NCBI GenBank assembly: GCA_003663325.1
Contig: QMZT01000001.1
Location: forward strand, 15,366 to 79,365
Direction: 5' to 3'
DNA from: Candidatus Aenigmatarchaeota archaeon
GTDB lineage: Archaea; Aenigmatarchaeota; Aenigmatarchaeia; QMZP01; QMZT01
Length of the DNA stretch: 64,000 nt
Positions 1 to 10,000 of this stretch are shown piece after piece. Each line of letters begins with the position of its first letter. Positions within the stretch are counted from its first letter, which is position 1. The notes under the pieces were generated by a model. It made no database searches and was not told where the DNA came from. It saw only the letters and a program-made list of their open reading frames with translations. A program made the position numbers and the translations under genes.

Positions 1-104
1 AATAAAAAAAGCATTGATAGGTAGAGCTTATTAATAAAGTAGGAAAGAAGGATTAAAAAAATGCCAGAGAAATGCACAAGCTGTCTTAAAACCTCATATC
101 TCAT
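1..104 (-). CDS. 5' part of a dolichol kinase/SEC59-DGK1-like membrane protein (runs off the window)
   Basis: Manual translation from ATG at 104: MRYEVLRQLVHFSGIFLILLSYF...; ExxRQxxH followed by a hydrophobic helix. Confidence 0.55.
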   Translation of the reverse strand, partial: MRYEVLRQLVHFSGIFLILLSYFINKLYLSMLFL

Positions 105-135
105 TATTTTTAACTTATCTTTGAAATTATAAATT

Positions 136-648
136 ATGAATTTGAATTTTATGAATAGTAAACATAAAGCTCTATATGAAACCTTTAAGTTTTCTTTAAA
201 GCTTTTACTACTCTCACTACCATTCTATATTTTAATACCATTTTTGGACCTCTCCTTTCTTCAAGAAATAACATTAATTAATGTTAAATTTTTGCTTGAG
301 CTTATGGGATTTGGTGTAAAAAGAGAAGGTTTCATGCTAATACTAAACAATGGCTTCAATTTTCTTATCTCTGCAGATTGTACTGCATGGAAATCCATGG
401 TGTTTATAGCAGCGTTGATGATATCCACACCCTCTATAAGCTTGAGAAAGAAAGCCTTTGGTATTGTTGGCGGTTTTTTTATACTATGGGTTGGTAATAT
501 AGCCAGGATAACATTACTCGTTTTCGTTCAAAGGTATTATGGAAACGAGGTAATGGGCATTATACATAATTATCTTTGGCAGCTTGGGCTAATATTGCTT
601 GTACTTATTACATGGATTTCATGGATCTTTATATCAAAAAGAGACTAG
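136..648 (+). CDS. Exosortase/archaeosortase family protein
   Basis: Multi-pass membrane protein with Cys (ADCTAW), Arg (GNIARI) and His (IIHNYLWQ) in exosortase-triad order. Confidence 0.8.
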   Translation: MNLNFMNSKHKALYETFKFSLKLLLLSLPFYILIPFLDLSFLQEITLINVKFLLELMGFGVKREGFMLILNNGFNFLISADCTAWKSMVFIAALMISTPSISLRKKAFGIVGGFFILWVGNIARITLLVFVQRYYGNEVMGIIHNYLWQLGLILLVLITWISWIFISKRD

Positions 649-1223
649 TATCTTACTATCTTTAAACCCCTTGTTAGATCAAATACCCTTGAGGGAATAC
701 CTCTGAGCCTGCCACCATCAATTATGTAATCTACACGCCCTTTTACATCTTGCGGTATCTTCTTTACACTTGATGCTGGCTTCTCTCCGCTAACATTTGC
801 TGATGTTGTGATAAATAAGATGTTGAGGGATCTTATAAGATCTGTGAAGATATTTTTGGGCATTCTTATACCTATCTTCCCTTCCCTGCTAACAGCCTTT
901 AGAGCTTCATAATTTTTAACTTTTAATATCAATGTATAGGGACCAGGAAGAAGTGACGCTATAAACCTCATACCATTTTTACTTACTTTACAATTTTCCT
1001 CTATCCATTCAAGTGATGGAACGATAATAGAGAATGGCTTGCTAGGTGATCTTTTTTTAATCTCGTATATTCTTTGAATGCTCTCTTTATAGTTAACATT
1101 ACACCCAATACCATAAACAGTGTCGGTTGGGTAAATAAATATTTTACCTCCTACTAATGCCTTTATCACTTCCGCTTTTATATCTTTTTTAAAAATAACC
1201 GAATCAAGCTTGAATACCTTCAT
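645..1223 (-). CDS. tsaC: L-threonylcarbamoyladenylate synthase (Sua5/YrdC/TsaC)
   Basis: YPTDTVYGIG, KxR..KP, LPGPYT, TTSANVSG motifs. Confidence 0.95.
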   Translation of the reverse strand: MKVFKLDSVIFKKDIKAEVIKALVGGKIFIYPTDTVYGIGCNVNYKESIQRIYEIKKRSPSKPFSIIVPSLEWIEENCKVSKNGMRFIASLLPGPYTLILKVKNYEALKAVSREGKIGIRMPKNIFTDLIRSLNILFITTSANVSGEKPASSVKKIPQDVKGRVDYIIDGGRLRGIPSRVFDLTRGLKIVRY

Positions 1224-1261
1224 ATTTGAAAAATTTAAAAAGCTTTCATATTAATTATTTT

Positions 1262-1527
1262 TGTTGAGCTGGGGGTGCAGCTTTCCCAAAAAGGGAGGAA
1301 GCTCCACCCACCCAATAGGCAGCATCGCAAGATGCATGGCCGAGAGGCCATCTCTCAGGAAGCAGAAACGAACCCATGCATGCTATAGATGATGCATATC
1401 GCATATACATGAGCATGCAGTGGGGTGAAACGGTCCTGAGAGTGCCGGGTGCAAGCTGTTGCGCTTAGATAAATGCTGCAGCCCTTTTAATAAGGGTTAC
1501 AGAAGGTGGGCTATTCCCAGCACAACA
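1262..1527 (+). ncRNA. rnpB: RNase P RNA (archaeal, reduced form)
   Basis: P4 halves GAGGAAGCTCCACCC and ACAGAAGGTGGGCTAT; terminal P1 TGTTGAGCTGGG/CCCAGCACAACA; J11/12 CAGAAAC and TGAAACGG. Confidence 0.92.
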
Positions 1528-1567
1528 TTTAAATAAGAAAGGGCATTATATTTTTAATGGCGATAGT

Positions 1568-1762
1568 ATGATTTTCCCGATAAGATGTATGACATGCGGC
1601 AAGCCAATAGCCCAATATTGGGAGAAATACCAAGAGAAGATAAAAGATGGAAAGGATGCAAAAAGCGTACTTGATGAACTGGGTATAAAGAGATACTGCT
1701 GCAGGGCAGTATTCCTTACACATGTTGATCTTATTGATAAGATTGGAAGATTTGTAAAGTAG
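1568..1762 (+). CDS. rpoN: DNA-directed RNA polymerase subunit N (Rpo10)
   Basis: PIRCMTCGK...RYCCR signature. Confidence 0.97.
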   Translation: MIFPIRCMTCGKPIAQYWEKYQEKIKDGKDAKSVLDELGIKRYCCRAVFLTHVDLIDKIGRFVK

Positions 1763-1767
1763 AAACT

Positions 1768-2832
1768 ATGGACAGGATCGATAAAAAGATAAAGGAGATA
1801 GCGAAGAAAATAGTTGATTCTGAGGTTAAAAGGAAAAAAATTGCGTACTTTTTAAGGGAGATAGGAGACAAGATGGGTATTTTTAATGAAGTTGAAAAGA
1901 TCGCGATAAAGAATTTAAAGGTGGTTGGAGTTGATGGTGGCATAGCTAAAAAGAGCCTGCACGGATTCGATTTTATAGTAACGAGAGCAGTCGCTACATA
2001 CTTTAGATATTCTAAAGGAAGATTGACCAGTGTTAACTATTTTCCATCAAAATCGCCAATACCTGCGATTAAAATATTAGAGGCACTATCCGATCTGGAT
2101 TGGTCATATTCGATATCGATTTCAAGGCAGATGGCAGAGATATCTGTTGCTATAGCCGCCGTTAAAAAATTTAAGCCAGACCTCTTGCTTTTAGATGGTT
2201 CAGTTGTGCCTCACTATACTGACAGACCAAGCAGATCATCTGCTATATATGAGGCATACGTAGAGCTTATAAATCTATACAAAGAGCTATTTGATACGAC
2301 AACGGCTTATGGTATTATAATAGCCGGGGTAATAGAGGACTCCAGAGGTAATAGATTCGGAGAAATAATAGAGGAAAAGGTACTCTCTGAGATAAAAAAT
2401 CCCCTTGTGAATGAAGTAAAGAAGATGATTTATAAAACAAGGGACACAAATCTCCTTTTTTGGGCACTAAAGAAGGGCGAGAGAAGCTTGGTATTTGATT
2501 ATGCACGTGAGCCCGAATCACACCCTATATTAAGAGAGTTTCCGGAATATATGAAAAGGATAAAGAGCTTTTATTTGAAGACATCAAGATTTGATAGGCC
2601 TATAAGGGTGGATTTCATAGGAGAAGATTTCATAGCAGACAGGCTTTCATCCATAATATTTTCACTCTCATGTTATCACGATGGCTATGGCTTGCCATCA
2701 GTTTTGATAGAGGCGGATAATGCCGCTAAGTTAAAGGAGGATGATGCCGAATTAATCTATAATGCTATATTATCTGAGACAGGTATGCTGCCAAGTGTTT
2801 TAAGGATGCGAAGAGAGAACAGACCATTTTGA
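1768..2832 (+). CDS. nurA: DNA double-strand break repair nuclease NurA
   Basis: VGVDGG, LLLDGS, GYGLPSVLIEAD motifs. Confidence 0.9.
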   Translation: MDRIDKKIKEIAKKIVDSEVKRKKIAYFLREIGDKMGIFNEVEKIAIKNLKVVGVDGGIAKKSLHGFDFIVTRAVATYFRYSKGRLTSVNYFPSKSPIPAIKILEALSDLDWSYSISISRQMAEISVAIAAVKKFKPDLLLLDGSVVPHYTDRPSRSSAIYEAYVELINLYKELFDTTTAYGIIIAGVIEDSRGNRFGEIIEEKVLSEIKNPLVNEVKKMIYKTRDTNLLFWALKKGERSLVFDYAREPESHPILREFPEYMKRIKSFYLKTSRFDRPIRVDFIGEDFIADRLSSIIFSLSCYHDGYGLPSVLIEADNAAKLKEDDAELIYNAILSETGMLPSVLRMRRENRPF

Positions 2833-2834
2833 TC

Positions 2835-3422
2835 TTAAAGCTTCACCTTTGTTACACGTAGCTCAGGCAATTTAACTATATACCCATTTTTTGTATTTGC
2901 TATAGCTGCATTTACAAATAAGCTTGTACCGTCCATAAACACACCTTGCGATTCATGCACGTGACCAAAAACATGTAATATAGGCCTTTTCTCATTCACA
3001 AACTCTCTGTATATCATAAGGCCTATATTGTTACCAGACCATGCAAGGTCTAATATACCATAAGGAGGATGATGTGTTATAAATATCAGCCTCTCAGATG
3101 GCATATCCCTTGCCTTTTCTTTAATAAGTTCATAACTCATAAACCTCTCATCTACACCAAAAAAATAATAGTCTTTAAATAATTCTATGTTATTTGAAAG
3201 CACACTTACCAATTCATTGTTTGAAACTATTTTTTCATCCCAATTTCCGTAGATTACGAATGTTTTCGTTTGCATGCTATCAAGTATTCTCCTTGCAGAA
3301 CTTGCAGATAGAAAATCGCCCGCATTTATTACAACATCTATCTTTTCCCTCCTACAAATATTGTTTATTCTTTCAGCCATATCTTCCAGGTGATGTATAT
3401 CAGAGATACATAGTATTTTCAT
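2835..3422 (-). CDS. Calcineurin-like metallophosphoesterase
   Basis: Start reassigned to MKILCISDIHH; AGD, GNWD, THHPP and GHVHE motifs. Confidence 0.9.
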   Translation of the reverse strand: MKILCISDIHHLEDMAERINNICRREKIDVVINAGDFLSASSARRILDSMQTKTFVIYGNWDEKIVSNNELVSVLSNNIELFKDYYFFGVDERFMSYELIKEKARDMPSERLIFITHHPPYGILDLAWSGNNIGLMIYREFVNEKRPILHVFGHVHESQGVFMDGTSLFVNAAIANTKNGYIVKLPELRVTKVKL

Positions 3423-3474
3423 AAATAGAGAATAATCCCAAAAATTTTTTAAACTTTTCAGCTTTCTATCAAAT

Positions 3475-3987
3475 ATGGATGTAATAAGTGCTATAAGGAA
3501 AAGGAGATCGATAAGAAGGTATAGTGATAGGGAGGTTGAGGATGAAAAGCTTAAAGTGATACTAAAGGCTGCCATGTTTTCTCCATCTGCCATGCACCTT
3601 CGTCCATGGCATTTTGTTGTTGTAAGGGATAAAGAGATAAGAGAAAGGCTTTCTAAGGTTACGGAATGGGCATACTTTTTAAGAGAGGCTCCACTAAACA
3701 TTGTGGTATGCGGGGACAAAAATGCAAAACGCTGGATTGAGGATTGTAGCATAGCAGCGGAACATATAATGTTACAAGCCACCGAGCTTGGATTAGGTTC
3801 ATGCTGGGTAGCTATACATAATTCCTCCTCTAACCCCAAAGCTGAAGAAGAGGTAAAGGAAACACTAGCAATACCAGACAATTTCGGTGTGCTTTGTATA
3901 ATAGCAATTGGTTACAGGGGTGAGGAAAAGGAGGAGCATAGCGATAAGGAGTTTGAGGAAGAAAAGGTGCACTATGACCATTTCTAG
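3475..3987 (+). CDS. Nitroreductase family protein
   Basis: RRSIRRY, SPSAMHLRPWHFVVV, LGLGSCW. Confidence 0.93.
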   Translation: MDVISAIRKRRSIRRYSDREVEDEKLKVILKAAMFSPSAMHLRPWHFVVVRDKEIRERLSKVTEWAYFLREAPLNIVVCGDKNAKRWIEDCSIAAEHIMLQATELGLGSCWVAIHNSSSNPKAEEEVKETLAIPDNFGVLCIIAIGYRGEEKEEHSDKEFEEEKVHYDHF

Positions 3988-4023
3988 TTTAAATATTTTA
4001 TTGCAAGTTACCAATAAATAAAC

Positions 4024-7000
4024 ATGAATCTGAAGCTCTTCTCAGCATTTATATTTACTTTATTGATGATTGGTTTGGTGGTGGCTGATACACCACCGCC
4101 AAAGATATTGCTTGTAGAGGATGCGCATTTCTGTGGTGGCTACTCGCCAACAGAAAAATGCACAAACGCACAAATAGAACCCTTCTATACAAAAGCTTTG
4201 GAAGCTAACGGCTATGAATACGATACGTATGTAGTTTCTGGTAGTAGTGATAATGGACCGGATTTAGAAACCCTTAGCAAGTATGATATAGTGATATGGT
4301 TTACTGGGGAGGATCATAAGAACACATTAACATCTGTAGATATTAATAATCTTCAACAATACCTAGACAATGGCGGAGCATTCTTTCTTACAGGTCAAGA
4401 TATAGGATATGATATATGGGACACTGCGTTTTATGGAGAATACTTGCATGCATTCTACTGTGCAGATAGTTCTGGTGAATATGATCATACCCTTGTAGGA
4501 ACAAATAATAATCCTATTGGAGATGGCCTTTTTCCTACTATAGACTCTACAATAAAAGGTGGTGCAGATAATCAATACTTTCCATCTGTAATATTTTACC
4601 GTGATGGCAAAGATATATATTTTCGCTACAACATGTTATCCTCAGAGTTTTACTATGAATACATTGATGCAGCTCTTATAATATGTGGAAACGGGAAAAA
4701 ATATGTTTTAAGGCAAAGCGTGCTGCCTGCTGCTATAAAAGCTAAAACCGCCACCTATAAAGTTGTTTATTTTGCATTTGGTTTTGAAGGTATAGATAGC
4801 GATGCAGATAGAAATGAAATAATGAAAAGGGTTATTGGGTATTTGAGCAGACCGAGGGTAAAGGGCACAAGGGTATTAGAGGTTAATGGGATACAGTACA
4901 ATCTCACTTGTGATAAAAGCCTAGATAAATGCTCCAGAATGCTTTATCCTTATCTATACTATACCTGCTATAATGATCAACTTTTTGGTAATATAACAGA
5001 TGTAGAGTTCTACGTCTATGACCAAAACAATAATCTTGTTAAGCAAGGAAAGCCAAGCTTGCAATATGATGCAAACAGCAACAAATGGTGGGGAATTGGT
5101 GTAATAATTATAAACGGGCTGGCTGATGGTCCTTATGTAGTGAAATTGAGATGTAAAGATAGCGATGGGTTTTGGAGCAAATTTGATGAAGTGAATCTAA
5201 CAATAGATAACACCTTTGATAATAAGCCAATTATAGATAGCGTGGAGGGTAAAACATCAACACCTATATATACAAATAAAGTTGAGCCAACAATAACTAC
5301 GACGTATCTTGCAAACAAAGAATTACCAGAGAAAATGCTCTTTTTGTGCTATAATTCTACTTCTATAATTAAAAACACCACCTTAGAATGGATAACATAC
5401 CAAGCCTCGTACAATTTCAATATAACAAATACATTTTATAATTGTTCATCAAGTGATGGCTTAAGAAGGGTTTATCTTTTTTATATGGATAAAGCTGGTA
5501 ACGTTATATTGCCAAAAGATGGTGATGGGTATAAGGATATTATTTTGGACAGGGTGAAGCCAGAGATACACTCAATAAGCCCTACAGGTTATATAAAAAG
5601 CGGAACGAATATAGCTGTTAATGCAAGTGATGGGTTGTCAGGTATAGCTACAGCGATATATAATAACGGTACCCATAACTTTACCTTTACACCAAATATA
5701 AGCTTTGATCCACACTGGCAAGTAGAGGGAATAAGCACGCTCAAGGTATGGATCACGGATAATGCTGGCAATGTTAGATACGCATCTTACAATTATATAG
5801 TTGACAACACACCACCGACAATAGATGTAATTGAGCCTGACAACAACAGCCTTACAAATAAACAAAGTATAGAGATAAGATTTAATGTAACAGACCAGGC
5901 TGGTGTAGATAACAACAGTATAAATGTGGTGGTCTCAAACGGAAGTATATATAGCTCTATATGCAATCAGATAAACAATGGTTATGCCTGCACATACCTA
6001 TGGAATACAACCAATCTCACATTCGGGAACTATACAATAAGGATATATGCGAGTGACAGCCTTAATAATAGCGCTTACGATATTATCAATGTAAAAATTG
6101 ATAGAATACCTCCCATTATTACAATAATACAACCGCCCAATGAGTATAATACAACCTCAAGCAACAATCTGCTAAATGTCAGTGCATACGATAACACAGA
6201 TATAGATTATGAAAGTGCATACTTCATATTTAAAAACTTAACCGCAGAGTACAATGAGTCTGCATACAAAGGCTCATGGAAACAGCTTACTTATTCTAAT
6301 GGGTATTTTATATCTACATTTAGTGTTGAGCTTGGGCTTAGTGATGGCCATTACAAGCTTTTGGTTTCAATAAATGATACTCTTGGTAATATGAACATTG
6401 CATGGGTAAATATAAGCATAGACAACACCCCTCCCCAAACCACAGACAATTCAAGCAGTGTAGATGTATGGTATAGAAGTGATCAATACATAAGCTTGAG
6501 TTGTAGTGATAATATGATGGGGTGTAATGAGACATACTATTGTGTAGCATCACAGCTATGCATACCATCAATAAAGGGAAATAGTACAAGCGTTACATGT
6601 AATGATGGCGATGAGTGTATATTGTATGTTTTTTACAAAAGCATTGATAAGGTTGGCAATGAAGAAAACATCAAGAGTTCAAACAAAATCAAGATAGATA
6701 AAAGAGCACCAACAATAACAATAGAGAACCCGACACAAGGAAGAGTATATTCAGGGATTATTGAGCTAAGGGCAACCATAAGTGACCACGGCTCTGGGGT
6801 AGATAATGCTTGGTATGAGATAATAAATGCATCAAATACAAGCGAGATAATAGCAACAGGTGCATTGCAGGCGCCACTCTATAATTCAACATGGAATTCA
6901 TCTAACTACACCTATGCAACATTGATATTCAAGGTATATGCAAATGATACCTTGGGAAATAACGCTACCGCAAACGTAACATTTGATGTAAATAATAAAA

Positions 7001-10000
7001 AACCGACAGCAACAATATATTATCCAAAATACATATTTATAGGAAAGGCTTTTAATCTGGATTTAAGGGCAAAGAGGGAAAATGGAAATCTATCTAATGC
7101 GAGCTACACAATCTTTAATGCAAGCGATATAGTTAAGACAAACACCACTACAGGAATAAACAAGAGCGAATTTAAGTTTTCAGATTTGGTAACTATTGAT
7201 ATACTTGCTGATGGAAACTATACCATTAACTTTACAGCATACGACTATGCTATACCACCTAATAAGGCATTTGATAGTGCATGGTTCTATGTGGATAAAA
7301 TACCACCGCAAACGATAGATAGTAGTGACCCACAAGAAAGATGGAAAGGCAGCGATGTATACATAAATCTTTCATGCTATGATAATGCCGCCGGTTGCGA
7401 GACACTTGTTTATTGCATAAACACAAGTAATCAGGATTGCCAACCAAACAAAAGTGTTTCTATAGATAAGAATATAAGCATTCTTATTTCATGCAACGAA
7501 GGAGATGAATGCATAAAGTGGATAAAATACTACTCCAACGACACGGTAAATAATACAGAAACATTAAAAGCCAGCTATGCAATAAAGATAGATAAGAAAG
7601 CCCCAATTACTGCAGATAACTCTTCAAGCGAATGGAAGAATGGCGATCAAATTATACAACTGAACTGCTCTGATACCGGCTCCGGTTGTAACGTAACACT
7701 TTACTGTATAGATGATACGGGGGCGTGTGTACCACAAAACATATATGAAGGGTATGTAAACTTGACATGTAATGATATATGCAAGAAATACATAAGATAC
7801 AGGAGTAATGATTCTGTAGGTAATCTGGAGCCTATAAAGACATCAAAGCTCATAAGAATAGACAAGTCCTTGCCACAAACGGCAATATCACCAAATTCAT
7901 CATACCTCCCAATCAACACGCCATTTTCCCTTTCTTGCTCTGATACAGGCTCCGGCTGCAATAAAACATACTATAAAATCATAGATAGCAATGGTATTTG
8001 TCCATCAACAGGCTATTCCGAAGGTGAAAATGGTATCGTAAGCTGTGATAATGGTGCAGTGTGCGAGAAAAGGATTTGCTACTATTCTTCAGATATGGCA
8101 GGAAATAAAGAAAATGTGAAAGTGAGTGGTATATTTAAAATCGATAAAGCACCCCCAGTCCTTACTGCTTTATACATTAATGTAACGGATGACACGATAT
8201 TTGGGGATAAAAGGGTTTTGAATGGAAGCATTATCAAGGTGTATGTAAACTTAAGTGATACTTCCAACGTTAGCTCAGTAAACGTTACAGTAAAAACACC
8301 AAGCAAATTATTCAATCTTACACTTTCCCTTGAAGATGGTAATTATAGCAACGGTACATGGAGCAATGTGCTTGTTGTTAATGAAACAGGTATATACAAC
8401 CTCACATATATTTATGCCCTAGACAGCTTTAACAATAAATTGGTAACTTATAGAGGTTACTATTTTCACTCTGTTGTACCAAGGCTTAATATCCTGCTAA
8501 ATAATAAAACCTTTGCTGATGCAGGAAAAACATATATATTGGAAATGAAAGCAAGCTTTAATATTACACTCATAAACCCCGTGTTAATTATTTATCTTCC
8601 ACCATTCTTTGAAAATAAAAGCGTTTATAAATGCACATTTTCTGGTGGTTGCGATATAACCAAATTTGGGGATGTTTTGCATGTAAACGCTAGCGGTTAT
8701 GGTACATATCTTAGCATAAATACAAACATCTTTGCAAATACAATAGCTAGTGATACAAATGTTAGTTGGAATACAAGCTACAATAATTTACAATTTAAGA
8801 ACAAAACGATTATATTGACACCACAGATCAACATAACTAATACGTGGTGCGATGGAAAAGCATGCACAGTTGATCAGAACAAAGTATTCAATCTCACAAT
8901 AGAGGTTAGCAATATCAAGAGTGACAAACATAGTGGCACCGCTTACAATATTACATTAAATATAACATTTCACAACGCCACCTCGGCTCTTGTACCTATT
9001 GGCGATCTCCCATCAAACTCCTCAGCTAACATAACAATCAGGGTTAATATAACCGAGGCGGGAAATAAAAGCATTAGCATGTTTGCATTTGATGGTACCT
9101 GTAGCTATAACTCAAGCAATACAACATTAATAATAGTTGTAAGGGATAAAGAAAAGCCAACAGTGGAGCTTGTGGAATTTGAAGATAGCTATGTAAACGT
9201 GAACGAAACGATTAATTATTATGTGACCGCACGAGACAATGTAGGCATAGGCAGTATTATTGCACAGATAAATGATAGCGAGGGTCTTGAGAGCAACTAC
9301 ACACTCTCACTTTTTGCAGGAAGTAAAGAGTATGGCATATGGAGATTAAGCTACGTTTATACACAAAAAGAAGGGATTTATAAGATAATGAAAATTTATG
9401 TAAATGATACAGCTGGCAATACACTTTCCTATACACCACCAATCAACGCTTCTGTGTTTTATGTTACAGCCTTTATATTAAATATGAGCCTTTCACCCCA
9501 AATATTAACAATAGGAGAAGGAGTCAATATCTATGTGAATATATCTAATAACGCATCACCCATAACAAATGTTTACGCAACCATAGTAAAACCCAATAAC
9601 TACACAAAAAGCTATGAGCTTAATTATGATGGATACGAAAATGGTAAATACATATATAGTTTGGAGTATACGAATACAACAACCTCTGGAAGCTATATAG
9701 TTAATCTAACAGTGAGAACAAAAATTGAAAAAAACGCAAAAGCCTATTTCTCAGTTCCTTACGGCTTTCCTTCCCTCGTCTCAAGTAGTGGCAATAACAT
9801 AAGTGTACCACCAAACACAAAATTTAACATTACATGGTTGATAAAACCTGTGAATGGAGATTTACTTAGTGTTAATGCAACCATATTTATAGAAAATAAA
9901 AGTGTTATCAATACATCAGAAGGATATAAAAAGTTTGTAGGTAACATCTATTGGGAGAAATATAAAGATAATGGAAAAATGTTGATGTGGGAGTTCAATG

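Noticed and set aside
3423..3881. N-terminal 150 aa of the 348-aa ORF 2835..3881
   Set aside because: Antisense shadow of the nitroreductase; the phosphoesterase motifs begin at MKILCISD (3422)
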